From: Paraphysomonas bandaiensis
Taxonomy: Eukaryota; Protista; Chrysophyceae
Direction: 5' to 3'
DNA length: 64,000 nucleotides
Assembly (NCBI GenBank): GCA_965644295.1
Contig: CBFFRP010000207.1
Span: 6,282 to 70,281 of the forward strand
Of the stretch, positions 13,301 to 26,329 are shown one piece after another (position 1 is the first letter of the stretch; each line of letters begins with the position of its first letter). The notes under the pieces are model-generated. The model saw only the letters and a list, made by a program, of their open reading frames with translations, was not told the origin of the DNA and made no database searches. The position numbers and the translations under genes are program-made.

Positions 13301-13466
13301 TCCGGATTGTATTGACTGTCATGCGCAGAAATTAAGGGAAGAATTAGAGCAGTTAAAGCGGCAGCAAGAACTAGATGAAGCCAAGAGGAAAGAGGAAGAA
13401 GCACACAAATCAAGGGGATTGTTTCGTTTGAAACGGGGTTCGACTACTGCTCAATCTTCGACTTAG
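10334..13466 (+). CDS. Uncharacterised multi-exon protein with an Ig-like segment and a long C-terminal coiled coil
   Basis: Chain of + strand exons. FKWYR...WYPPTADDIGMKICANC resembles AIR9/A9-type Ig repeats. Heptad-rich exons at 11900-13440; stop TAG at 13464-13466. Confidence 0.75.
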
Positions 13467-14850
13467 CTGTTCTTCATTTACTCCATCCCTGACTTATTAT
13501 ATTAGCACTGATGTTCAGTTGACTCTTACTTGTTAGCATTATGTTGTGCTCGTTGTATGGTTGGAGAAGCTGTATCATAGCGATATGTGTAATACTAGTA
13601 AAACGTATAACGATATGATGACACTATTATTTAGCTCTGTTTGAATGCTGTTATCAATTCCGAAACAATTTGTTTAAACACAATAAATTTGTGCCGGGAC
13701 TCTACGACGTGTAATTGTGTCTATACATCTATTCTATTGCTATAGTTTTCATATCGGGTGGCATTTCTGATAAAATGGAAATGACAGTCACGCAAAGCAA
13801 TTCAAGTCACTGAAGTAATTTCTGGTAACTACCAAACTGGCAGAAGTGTACAATGGAATACTTGCTTAGTTTGTTTACAATTTACAAGTATCGTCAGGAG
13901 TTAGTTATCATGGAAGCTCAATGAGAGGGTTTCCTGATAATATCGAGTGGTTCATGTGTGCTACCACAATGCCATGATGGAACTGATTATTCATGCCCAC
14001 TGTATGTATTAATCAATAAGCTTTACGTATCTAGCAGTTACTATACTATACTTTCCCTGCTTAATAGAGTCCCTCGATAAGATCTATAGCGACAGGCACT
14101 GTGATCTATTGGCACTATATTATATACGTAACACTCTTTACATATCTATATATCTATTGGTGTATACGTATATACCATACAGTGTTGTGCAATATCAGGA
14201 TATTCACAGTACACATAAACTTATAGGTAAAAGTTAGAGGTTTTGAGGCATTATAAATCCCACAACAGTATATAAATAGCTGCATATCATGCATAATGAT
14301 CCTCGATTCCTATTGGCCATCAGACACTTTCACTTCTATCGTTGGAGGGACACTTCACGCTACTGTACTTTGAAGCTCTTTCGTATACAGTATACGTGTA
14401 CGGTGTCACTGAATCTCTACCATATCCATTATCTAAACATCTATATACCCATATCCGGATATTCACAGTGATAACATCCATCCGTATCGGCATCCTTTGT
14501 GTATTTTTGTTCAAAGATGGCTCTAATATAGAGACAACAATTATGTGTATTCCAGCCGTAGTTGTATGTAAGTAATATAGAAAATATTTGCTTCAATTTA
14601 TTCCCGAAAAATAAGATGCAGACTGCCGATACGTCTGTGGGCACAAGTCACGCCTGCCTTCAAGACTACAACCGTAGTTCGTAGTATACTCATATTGTGT
14701 ATGCAGTGTAGATATACGCCGTATACCTCTTCAGACACTCTGCTTCCTGCTGTGTCGCTTGTGGATGCTCACATATTCATATATGCGTAGATTGTATATG
14801 GATACTGTGCATGTCATAGATAGCACCATATCACTGTAGTTTTCTCCGTC

Positions 14851-15941
14851 ATGTTACTTAGCAGGGAGGTTTCCTTTTCAAATGACGTGTTTTCCCAGCG
14901 GAAGTATTCCGTGTTTGCTGGTGCTGGATATGAGGAGTTAGGTCAACGGCTCCAGGTGCTCCAGGTGAGACCCTCCCACACATATACACACATACATACA
15001 TACACATATAGACAGTCATATTAATACTGTCACAGCCAGGGAGATTTGAATATTACCACACGAGTTATGATAAATTTCCGGATGGCACTGATAACATAAC
15101 TCTCTCCGGCTTCACTCCCACTAACGTCATTGCTGGGTCTCATGTTTTATTTCTGGCATCTCTTCTGAATAATGATGCGACTGTATCGCAAATATCTGTT
15201 TTAATTGTGTTACTTCAAAGCTTTATAAAGAGCTTGACTATCGTGATGCCGTTTTACCCCGCTGGTACTATGGATAGGGTTGACGTTGAGGGTAAAGTGG
15301 CAACTGCTAATACACTCGCGATGATATTTAGCTCCCTACCGAGTTGTGGGAAACCGGCCCGTTTAATGATATATGATATCCATGCTCTTCAAGAGCGATT
15401 TTATTTCCATGGCTCTGTTATTCCAAGCCTGCACACTGCCCTTCCTTTACTGCTCCCGAAATTACGTGAACATAATATCAGTGCAGTGGCATTTCCTGAT
15501 GACGGGGCGGCCAAACGATTTGGCCATTTTTTCTCTAGTAATGGGTTTAATATAATTGTGTGTGGTAAGGTGCGGAATGGAGACACACGTATTGTTACTA
15601 TACAGGATGGGAATCCGAATGGATGCAAAGTGGTAATTGTAGATGACCTAGTGCAAACAGGTGGAACCATATACAAAGCTGGCCAGCAGCTTATGAAATC
15701 TGGTGCAACACAGGTGTTTGCCTATGCCACTCATGGAGTCTTTCCCGAAAATTCCTGGGAAAGATTTCTTTACCCCGTCTCACAGGACAACTCCACTCCA
15801 TCAACCTCCGAAAGAATATTTGAGAAGTTCTGGTTTACGAATAGCATACCACACACTGTATCACGAGTACCATCAGACAACGTCTTTGAGGTTATTGACT
15901 TACTACCACAGATAATATCTGATCTAGAGTTCAGGAGTTAA
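14851..15941 (+). CDS. Ribose-phosphate pyrophosphokinase (PRPP synthetase), class II / plant PRS3-4 type
   Basis: KFPDGTDNI, VMPFYPAGTMDRV, DIHALQERFYF, AFPDDGAAKRF, VVIVDDLVQTGGT, ATHGVFP; one intron at about 14965-15035. Confidence 0.92.
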
Positions 15942-16200
15942 TTTAATATAGTGTAGTGTGCAATGATTTTGATACCTACTAGTCTTGAATAGCGATGACG
16001 GTAGAGTGGCAAACTTTGAAAGTACCATACTGTTGATACGATAAGTTTATATTGAAATATTGTGCTACTTGTGTTTATACACTATTATTGCTTTCCCATG
16101 GAAAATTTATTTGGGAGGGTTTCTAGTCAGCTGCGGCTAGTATTGTACGCTGATATCATCATGAACATTGAACACTGTTGCTTTAGTACGTTGGTATGTA

Positions 16201-16740
16201 CTATGTTATGGAGTAATTAATAGATTGCTTAGAATTATGTAGAGAGGCCGCAAAGGTTTGGGACTCATCATGTCCAACCCAGTTATTCAGCAGTTCGGAG
16301 TGAAAGGGCATGTAACCCAGGCCCTCTGTACGTTGGAGGGGGTAGGTGGTGATATCGGTAGGCATTACATCCGGCATTGTGTGGAGATTGGCAGCGGAGG
16401 ATGGAGGTGGTCCGTCTGGGACTGATGCTGGAGGTGCCATGGTGTTCATTTGAGTAAGTGTGGTGGTAGGTGGCTTCCGTTTGACGGTGAAATAGTCAAA
16501 TAGTGTAGCGCGCGGCGGGATGGTGTCGTTAGTGGATTTGGGTAAGTTGTGGGTGGGTTTGCTGGGTCCGTCGTCGCTGTTGTCGGAAGGAAATTCCTTG
16601 CCCTGGAGAGCGTGGGAGGGATGGCTGCTTATTATTATATAAGAACTTAGGATGATAAGGAAAGAGTAATAAAACATTAAGGATACCTAAGCGGCACAAG
16701 CGCCCGGTTTCACCTGCTTCGTTCTTGTGTGTAAAGCAAT
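16201..16740 (-). mobile_element. Retroelement-like remnant
   Basis: Low-complexity ORF with PSDNSDDGPSKP, similar to SSDDSSDGPPKR at about 26010-26050. 16690-16730 is weakly similar to the dispersed 3'-end family. Confidence 0.35.
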
Positions 16741-17301
16741 TATAACTATCTACTAATAATCAACTGTGTGATTGCGCATAATGAGCTATCTAAGAATACC
16801 AGGGGGCGATAACAATATATTGCAATATATTGCCCGAAAAATAATAATAACATTTTCAAGACCAATAATAAATGATTAAATATGTTGCAATATATTGATA
16901 TATATTGGGCGCTAAGAAGAAGAAATGAGCTCGATCGGCAGTAACTAGTTAGTAGAGGTTACAACACAATGATGAATACCCAATAACAATGCAGCAACTA
17001 GTACTCTAAGGATTCCAAATCTTCGTCACTGTCGTCCTTATTCTCGTCCTGATGGAACGGTCCATGATCGATAACCTGTTGCACTGTCTTTTCCTCACAT
17101 AGTGACTTTCCCTCTACCTCTTTTTTTCTTCCACTACAGTGACACGAGATGCTAGCAATGCTCCCAAACCCCCTAAAATAATTGTCCAGAAATATCTTTA
17201 CGATATATGCAATACTCACTAAATTTGAGAGTGACTTATTAATGAATAAAGCAGATATAATATAATTATTGGTATTTACTTTGTCATACTTCATAGAAAT
17301 C

Positions 17302-17790
17302 CTAACTAGAAAATCTATATGACAATGAACACAGCCAGTGCAGAACATGCGGGTGTCCAAACACAGCAGCAGACGTTTGGCAAGCGTGTATATCCCATGG
17401 ACATGGAGGGTCCTGTGAACGAAGCCACTGCAGAATATCCAAGTTTCTACCCCTAGCAGCAGCTTGGCAGGTCGATGTATCCCAGGGACATGGAGGGTTC
17501 TGTGAACGAAGCCATTGTAGAATATCTAAGTGTCCACTACCAGCAGCATCATGGCAACTACATTCATCCCAGGGACATGGAGGGTCCTGTGAACGAAGCC
17601 ACTGCAGTACACCCAAGTGTCCACCACTAGCAGCACCACGGCAAGTACTTTCATCCCAGGGACATGGAGGGTCTTGTGATCGGAGCCACTTCAGTACACC
17701 CAAGTGTCCACCACTAGCAGCAGCATGGCAAGTACTTTCATCCCAGGGACATAGATGGTCCTGTGAACGAAGCCAGGCATGTATGTGGCA
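17302..17790 (-). pseudogene. 5'-truncated ankyrin-like repeat gene fragment (WLRSQDPPCPWD repeats, 81-bp units)
   Basis: Five to six 27-aa repeats of the form CxxAAxxGHLxVLxWLRSQDPPCPWD; no convincing start codon or N-terminal domain. Confidence 0.7.
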
Positions 17791-18481
17791 TATAAGAAGT
17801 ACCGATCTTACACCGAGATAACTTCTGCTGTATGATACAGACACAGAGGGTATATATACTAATTATTTAACCCAAAATATATTTTCTTTACATCGCATTA
17901 TTCACTAATACATGCATTATTAACATATAGCATTGACGCTCTTATGTGTTAGTCCATGTTCGGACCACTGGGCACAGCTGTAGTATTGCTATAATACACC
18001 AGTATATCATATAGCAGTATACACACATATACGCACTGTAGTATAGGAGGGCTCTAAAAAGGGTACGAATGCAAGTGTATAGGAACCCTAGCATAACACA
18101 CTGAGTACAAGATAATATGTAAGTATTCAGAGCTAACTAAATAACCTATAGCGATCCTAGTTAAGCAAAACGTTTTTTTTACCCTAGGGATGAAAAAGTC
18201 CACTTGTCATGTCGATAAGAGACACTAAAATGACTGTTTTTCACAACCGCGTGCCAAAAAAGCAGATATTTTTCTTTTCACTATTTTTTGTTCACAACTC
18301 TTGCTGGAAATTCGAACCCAACTAACGTTTTTAGCTGCATTATTATCACACTATGATACAATACTTATACTTACTTCCAACTCATCACAAATGAACTCCC
18401 TCACAGTAGAAACACCTCGAAACCAACACAACCTGAACATACATTCACTATCTGAGTGCTGTCCGCAATTTTCTTCTTTAG

Positions 18482-21264
18482 ATGAATAGTCCATTAAACG
18501 TAGCAGCAGCAGGAGGGAATCTCGCAGCTGTTAAGCGTTTATTGATGAATGGAGCAAATGGAAGTGCCGTGAACGGCCAGACACCGCTTCATTGGGCAGC
18601 ATGTAGACAGAGTTTTACGAAAAAAGAAGGAGATTTTGTGAGTGTGATGGAATGTTTGCTAGATCATGGAATCCCCATCAACGAAAGAGACAATGAAGGA
18701 TATACTGCTCTTCACAATGCGGTGATGTATTCTATGCCGAGTGACACTCATGCCATTCTTCGACTCCTTTTGCAACGAGGTGCTGATGCGACCATCAGGT
18801 CGCACACCGGCGAGACACCATTCGACTGTGCCGAAAGTGAAGATGTTCGTAATTTCCTAAGGATGCATGGTGCGGCTCCTTTGCCAGTTGTAGAAGAACA
18901 AATCATCGAGGTGTGTATTCCGGTGGTTATCACAGGATGCATGTGTTTGGAGAGAATAGTCTCATACTATGTTATTGATGGGCATAGATTGTAAGTAATA
19001 GTATTATATTGTGTTTATTTGCACGATAGGTACGAGGTGTAGAAGATAGAGTCCAAGAATTGAATGACACTGAGGCGGCACTTCTAGTTGCAGCTCTTGC
19101 AGCCTCGGAGGAGGAGTATGAGCGTGCGACGACTGCCAGGAGATTACAACAAGAAGCTGAGGAGAGAGAGAGGCAAGAAGAGGAGGTCTTGAGAGAGAGA
19201 ACTGCTCGCCAAGCAGTGGAGAAGAAGGAGGAAGATGAGAAGGAACACGCTTTGCGGGTTGCTATAGATACAGTATTATCGGGTGGAGCACCCGTCTCCT
19301 TGCCCTATGATCTTGTTCGTAAGTGGACTGGTGGGTTCAAGAACGAACTTGATAGGGGTGCTTATGGAATAGTTTATAAGGGATTGGTGACGTTTGCGGA
19401 CGTTGAAGAGTGTGGAAGCGCAGGCGGTGATCATGATGTAGCAGGTGGACGATATGTTGCAGTGAAGGTTTTCAACACTGAAATGTTGACTGATTTTGTC
19501 GGAGTGGGTGAAAATAAACCAGATATTGATATGGTTAATGGCGACAGTAGTAAGAATAGGATGTTGGAGAGCGCATCCAGGGAAATCAATATATTGAGCA
19601 CCTTTAATCATCCAAACATCATCCGATTACTTGGATATACACTCCCTGCTGTCGATGTGCTTCCTGCGCAAGGGCTAAACAACATTTGCCTAGTGTATGA
19701 GTATGCCTCGAGAGGGGGGTTACATAATGTCCTGAAGGATGATACACAAGCATCAGAGTTGCCCTGGTTCCAACGGGTTAAAATTGCACTTGGTGTGGCA
19801 AAAGGTTTGGCGTACATGCATCACAGAGATGCTAATCGACCTGCTTTCCATCGAGACATAAAAGCTGCCAATATTGCTCTTACCAGTGGATTAACCCCTA
19901 AAATTATTGATTGTGGATTGGCGAAGTACATGCCAGAAAAAGAAACAAATATGAAAGGTCCTACATCGATTCACTCCATGACTGGAGCTCGGTTTGGGAC
20001 TGTGGGATACATGTGTGAGAAATATTGCAAAAGGGCAGAGATGTTGTTTGATGCAAAGTGCGAGATTTTTTCTTTTGGTATTGTCTTATTGGAGTTGTAT
20101 TGCGGTGAGATTCAAGGAAGCAATAGTGAACTCAATCTGGAAGAGATGTTAGATGATGAGGACGATATGATATCTGCTGACCAGCGCGCCGGATCATGGC
20201 CGGAGGAGGCAGCCAGCTTGTACCTTGAACTGGCTTCGGAATGTGTAGCCAAGTACTCAAAACGAAGGTCAAACATGCGTTCTGTAGTGCAATCTCTCTC
20301 TCGTATACTGGCACTTCACCAAGTAAGCACTTTAGAGTCTTCACTCTTACAACTACGTGATCAATTGACGGCCAAAAATGAGTTATTATCATTGAAGTTG
20401 GATGTTGCCGACCGACTGTCTTTGGAGTCTATGCATAACTGTATTGTTTGCTTCAATACTTATCCTTTGAGCAAGGGAGTAATGTGTCCTAGAGAGAACG
20501 TGGAGGATTTGAATGAGTGTCATTTCTTTTGTGATGAGGATTTCAGTGACATGATTAGTTCTCAAAGCTCTGATATTGGTCAGTTCATCAAATTTGGCTG
20601 TAAGATTGTCTGTCCGATGTGTCTGGCAGTGCCTGTACCGCAGGGTGAAGTTCAGGTTCAAACCCAATTGCCTCTATCTGCTCATGCCACAGAGGAAGCA
20701 TTATCATCATATATTGAAGCGTGTAGAAGGGCTGATCGAGACCTTGAAGACAGAAAGAATGCAGTAGAGCGGGCTAGAGATCAGGAGAGACATATGGACG
20801 AAATGCAGGCGTTGAGAGAGGAAATGATGGAAAACAAGACAGCGAAGCTAGCTGCCTCTGCTGAGCGTCATCGACAACGTATTATCAATGATATTCTTAC
20901 GCTAAAGTGTCCACATTGTGGGCTTACTGTCTTCGACTTTGATGCTTGCTTCGCTGTACAGCATTCTCCAGATGCCATGCGAGGTCACGGTCAGGGCTGT
21001 AGTAGATATTTCTGCGGGTGGTGTTTAGCGCCAAGTGAAGGGTCGGCAGCTTGTCACAGCCATGTCAAAGTATGTCCCGCTGCCCCTGCACAAAGACGAG
21101 GAAGCTGGAATGGTAATATGGATGAGTTTAATGTTGTTCATGGACAACGACGGCGAGCAGCAGTGTTACAATACTTGGCTGACCGAGTGCCAAATTTGGA
21201 GGAGAAGACTGCAGTTTGTCACGCCATTGCATGCGACTTGAACGATTTGAACATCTATCTGTAA
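18482..21264 (+). CDS. Ankyrin - UIM - Pelle/IRAK-like (TKL) kinase - RING - Rcat/IBR-like fusion protein
   Basis: Ankyrin GQTPLHWAA, GYTALHNAV and GETPFDCA; intron 18911-19030; LLVAALAASEEE; kinase motifs RGAYGIVYKG, VAVK, HPNIIRLLGY, HRDIKAANI, DCG, GTVGYM; CIVC...CPMC; CPHC...C...CSRYFCGWC...H...C. Confidence 0.85.
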
Positions 21265-21293
21265 AGGGTTTTGAATCAGTTCTGTTCTATCTA

Positions 21294-22380
21294 CTAACTG
21301 AACCACCTACAGATAATAATAACATAATTACAATTTAACAAAATATTAAATACTTGAAAAAATACACATGAAGAAGAGTTCCCGCGCCAAAATATATAAA
21401 TAGAATGTGCGTTGATATGTACATGCGTTGATATGTACAGAAATAAATTGACTGAATGATCACCAACAATATCAACAACTTCGCATCCGATGTATGATTT
21501 ATCTTTGTTCGTTATGCTGGGCAATTTAGATTTAGAATCCACACAGCTGGCGCTTCTCCTTATTGCCATGTCCGCCATTTTCTTTGCTTCCTTCTTTGAT
21601 TCCTGATTTTCAGTCAATGAAGCAACAAATTGACGCATACAAGCGACTTGACTTTCATTTGAAGAATCGCCAAGGGCTTCTATGAACTCTTCAAAGGAAA
21701 TAAACCCTGACTCATCGGCATCAACTCCCTTTAAAAATTGTAGAGCATCAGAAAAGTTATCAAATAAACCTATTTGATGAAATCGTCCGCTGCTCTGTCG
21801 AGACGAATACCACCAGTGGCTTCATGTTCTGACCCATTCACCTCACGACGTGATGAGTACCAAGCCCAAAAGACACGAAACTCTCGTTTAGTGAGCCTGT
21901 ACACTGGTTTTCCGTTCCGCTTCTCAAGCCACTTCTTCCAGTTGTATTGTTGTAGATTTAAGCGATTTTCTTTTTCTATTCTTTTCTGTTTGCTTCCTTT
22001 CTTGAAGCATTGATTTTCAAAATTTACTTTTATTTGTCTGAACTCTGCTTTTATCGAAGCTTGTCTTTTGGATGAAACGGTGGCATGCTTAGCATTTACG
22101 ATGTTCAATCTCGTTGACCTTGCTGTATCTCCAGGCAAGCGCAAATTTCCTTTAGATTGAACTCGATAAACTTGAGTTTTGATTCCAGTGCTAATGTCTG
22201 GTAAAAATGATATCCCAATTGTGGGTCGTGATGGTTTCAGATTGATTGTTTTGTATTACGTTTCGATAACGTTATTGTTCTGGCGTCAGGTTTAGGATGT
22301 CGGGTAGTTGTTTTCGCAACACCTTCGATGGCAAGAGTCAAGATTTCCTAGGCGGTTCCTTGATGATTTCAACACAGAAT
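21294..22380 (-). CDS. EF-hand protein, frameshifted in this assembly (boundaries approximate)
   Basis: Canonical EF loop DADESGFISFEEF at about 21685-21725, in frame with ORF 21294-21638. It joins ORF 21770-22144 only through a 1-nt shift in an A-run at about 21772. Confidence 0.55.
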
Positions 22381-23106
22381 GTGATCAATGAATGAAGAGA
22401 AAAAAACGTGAAACAAGTTCAACAAATAAATACCGCAATGTTGATAATAATAATGCTCTCATCTTGCTGCTGCTGGCTGTGTGTTTCTGTCGTCCAACGT
22501 AACGCAAAACATGAAAAAAGCAAAACTCCGGAACGAATCGAACTCTAGAACTGGAAAACGAACCTCCAACCTTTTGGCACTGACATGACTTTTTCCAGCG
22601 GTTTCGTCGTCGCCAGAGGGAGCCAAAAACATGCCATGGATCCAGACGCATCATACTTGTACATACCGGTATATATATATACATGTACATGTATAACGTT
22701 ATATATATAAATAATGTACATGTATAACGTTATATATATATATATACATCATGCATGATGCCAGCAGATTGCCAATACAGGTAAGCTTACGTAGTACCGG
22801 ATAACAAAAAAAAACTATCATTTGTGATTTTGTTTTCACCTCCATTATTGCTCCAACAAACGCCACAACGAATGGGAATGCCAATTCCAGAAATCCCTCA
22901 TCTATGTCTCCCATTCATCATTTCTCTACATTTCATCCAAGTGTGACAGGGTTCTCCTGACTTTCAGCAATGGCCGAGCTATAGCACAGAGCATCGCGCT
23001 TCGTATACTCTATTATCGCCAAGACCATCGAATTTCATCGTGCCTTAAAATCTGAGCGATGTCTAAACTTGCAGCCCCCACTTTACTCACTTTTGTTCTT
23101 GGCACA

Positions 23107-24202
23107 ATGTTGGAAATCCTCGCTTATGTTGACGACAGAGACTTGTACCAGTTTGGATGCTCTTGCAGAAAAGACACTTTATGCTATACTGTGTGGACAA
23201 GGAATTTCGTAAATCAATATTGACAACAGCATCCAGAACAAGCAGGTTTATCTCGTTTGTAGTGTTTTCTTCTCGTATCTAAGCACATTTATAATACCCA
23301 ATTCGGATTGTTAGATTTTTACCCAAAGGTTGGAGAAAAGAGACCGTGGCTCTAGTTAGCTATCCCCGCTCAGGCAACTCGTTCCTGCGACGTGTTCTTG
23401 AGAAGTGGAGTGCCACGATCACCGGATCTGACAGCCGCCCTAATCGAACATTGAGTTTCAGCCTTCTCAGGTGCGGTTTCCGGGGAGAGGGGGTTACTGA
23501 TGACTCTGTATGGTTAGTTAAAACGCACTACCCCGAAAGAATGGGTTTTGTAAAATTTGTGGCTAATCGTGCTGTCCTCATCATTCGAAATCCTTATGAT
23601 ACCATTGAGTCGTATTTTCACATGGTGAGGCATTGTATTGAGCTAATCTAATCTGTTAATTTTGATATTGTTGCTAATATATACTGTTGTTTCGTTGTGA
23701 TTATTTCTTTGGCCTTCTTATTGTTGGTATATAGAGCATGACCAACACCCACAACAAGAGTTTATCTACTTCAGCCTTCAATAGCTTACATGCCGTTTGG
23801 AATCATTTAATTATCAATGAAATTAAAATATGGAAGCAATTTTATTTATATTGGTTGCAAGGGGGCAGTGTAGTCTCTGCATCGGAATATGGCACAGTCG
23901 TGACTTCGAAACAGACGGAGTTGCTAGTCATTCGCTATGAAGATTTGCTGCTGCACAAGGAGGTAGGTGTTTTCCTCGACTCTTCATATATATGTTAATT
24001 ATCATTATTCATCATTGTTACTGTGTTGGATTGGCTGTGATGGTAGGGAGTGCAGTCCCTCTTTTTTTATTATCTTGGGGGTGCAAATGGTAACCCGCCT
24101 CTCGGCGTCACCTTGGACATAGAAGGCGCGCCTCATCCTGCTGCGACTTCTGCCACAACAGGCAACAAAGAAAGAAGGGAACCGGGATATCAACCTCGCC
24201 AA
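23107..24202 (+). CDS. Sulfotransferase-domain protein with an F-box-like N-terminus; 3' end unclear
   Basis: SYPRSGNSFLR (5'-PSB loop), VKTHYP, LIIRNPYDTIESYF (3'-PB) and IRYEDLL. LEILAYVDDRDLYQFGCSCRK upstream lies in another frame. Confidence 0.75.
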
Positions 24203-24261
24203 GTGCGTAATATGGATATCATGAATACTTACTGATGCTCGAAAAGGTTACTATCTGATAT

Positions 24262-25926
24262 TTCACAGCCCATGGTACTGCTCACCTGCATCAAACCACC
24301 CACATCCACCTCCCCTCCCGTGCCCGTCCACTAGCACAACACCACCAGCACACGCCAACTCGCGCTCTCACGCGATGCCCAGAGCGGACTGTGGAAATGC
24401 TGTGCATGCACCAGGTGTGCCTGTTCACAGCCCATGGTACTGTTCATCTGCATCAAAACACCCACATCCACCTCCACCTCCCCTCCCGTGCCCGTCCAAT
24501 AGCACACCACTACCAGCACACGCCAACTCGCACTCTCACGGGATGCCCAGAGCGGACTGTGGAAATGCTGTGCATGCACCAGGTGTGCCTGTTCACAGCC
24601 CATGGTACTGCTCACCTGCATCAAACCACCCACATCCACCTCCCCTCCCGTGCCCGTCCCCTAGCACAACACCACCTACATCCTCCAACTCACGTTCTCA
24701 CAGGATGCCCAGAGCGGACTGTGGAAATGCTGTGCATGCACCAGGTGTGCCTGTTCACAGCCCATGGTACTGCTCACCTGCATCAAACCACCCACATCCA
24801 CCTCCCCTCCTGTGTCCGTCCACTAGCACAACACCACCAGCACACGCCAACTCACGCTCTCACAGGATGCCCAGAGCGGACTGTAGAAACGCTGTGCATG
24901 TACCAGGTGTGCATGTTCACAGCCCATGGTACTGTTCACCTGCATCAAAACACTCACATCCACATCCACCTCCACCTCCCCTCCCGTGCCCGTCCAATAG
25001 CACACCACCAGCACACGCCAACTCGCACTCTCACGGGATGCCCAGAGCGGACTGTGGAAATGCTGTGCATGCACCAGGTGTGCCTGTTCACAGCCCATGG
25101 TACTGTTCACCTGCATCAAACCACCCACATCCACCTCCCCTCCCGTGCCCGTCCCCTAGCACACCACCACCTACATCCTCCAACTCGCGCTCTCACAGGA
25201 TGCACAGAGCGGACTGTGGAAATGCTGTGCATGCACCAGGTGTGCCTGTTCACAGCCCATGGTACTGCTCACCTGCATCAAACCACCCACATCCACCTCC
25301 CCTCCCGTGCCTGTCCAATAGCACACCACCACCTACATCCTCCAACTCGCGCTCTCACGGGATGCCCAGCAGAGCGGACTGTGGAAATGCTGTGCATGCA
25401 CCAGGTGTGCCTGTTCACAGCCCATGGTACTGTTCACCTGCATCAAACCACCCACATCCACCTCCCCTCCCGTGCCCGTCCAATAGCACACCACCACCTA
25501 CATCCTCCAACTCACGCTCTCACAGGATGCACAGAGCGGACTGTGGAAATGCTGTGCATGCACCAGGTGTGCCTGTTCACAGCCCATGGTACTGCTCACC
25601 TGCATCAAACCACCCACATCCACCTCCCCTCCTGTGTCCGTCCACTAGCACAACACCACCAGCACACGCCAACTCACGCTCTCACAGGATGCCCAGAGCG
25701 GACTGTAGAAACGCTGTGCATGTGCCAGGTGTGCATGTTCACAGCCCATGGTACTGTTCACCTGCATCAAAACACCCACATCCACATCCACATCCACCTC
25801 CCGTGCCTGTCCAATAGCACAACACCACCTACATCCTCCAACTCACGCTCTCACAGGATGCCCAGCAGAGCGGACTGTGGAAATGCTGTGCATGCACCAG
25901 GTGTGCCTGTTCACAGCCCATAGTAC
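24262..25926 (+). repeat. Tandem repeat, 10 units of 162-172 bp
   Basis: CACAGCCCAT anchor at 24264, 24426, 24594, 24756, 24918, 25089, 25251, 25416, 25578, 25740 and 25912. Confidence 0.97.
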
Positions 25927-26329
25927 TCACAAGCTTCCACACGACAATCCTCCGACGCAAAGAGGTGCGAAACAACACCAACCCAGACCACGCCAGGTTG
26001 GACCTGGTTACAGCAGCGACGACAGCAGCGACGGTCCGCCCAAGCGTCGACCACGTAAACCCCCTAAGGTATCTCGACAACTCACAACCCCAGGTAATAC
26101 CCACCAAGCCGACGCTCCCACTCCCATGGCAGCTCCAGATAACGCGGGACAACTCCCCAGAAGACATAACCGTCCTTCCCCTATATCCCAATCCATACAT
26201 CCCCAGGCTACACTCCCACTCTCACTGTTGTGTTCCCTGGGGTCCGAGCTATGTAGTCCCGCCTACACCTCGCACTCACCGCGGAGAACCTACGAAACAC
26301 TATCACTTTTGTCTCCACCTCTACACCCA

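Noticed and set aside
16799-16912. CAGGGGGCG start with palindromic CAATATATTG repeats as a hAT-like MITE (similar CAGGG start at about 43825)
   Set aside because: No clear matching terminal repeat or TSD found by eye.
18296-18335. Minus-strand GGGTTCGAAT as a tRNA T-loop
   Set aside because: No pairing T-stem, anticodon arm or acceptor stem.
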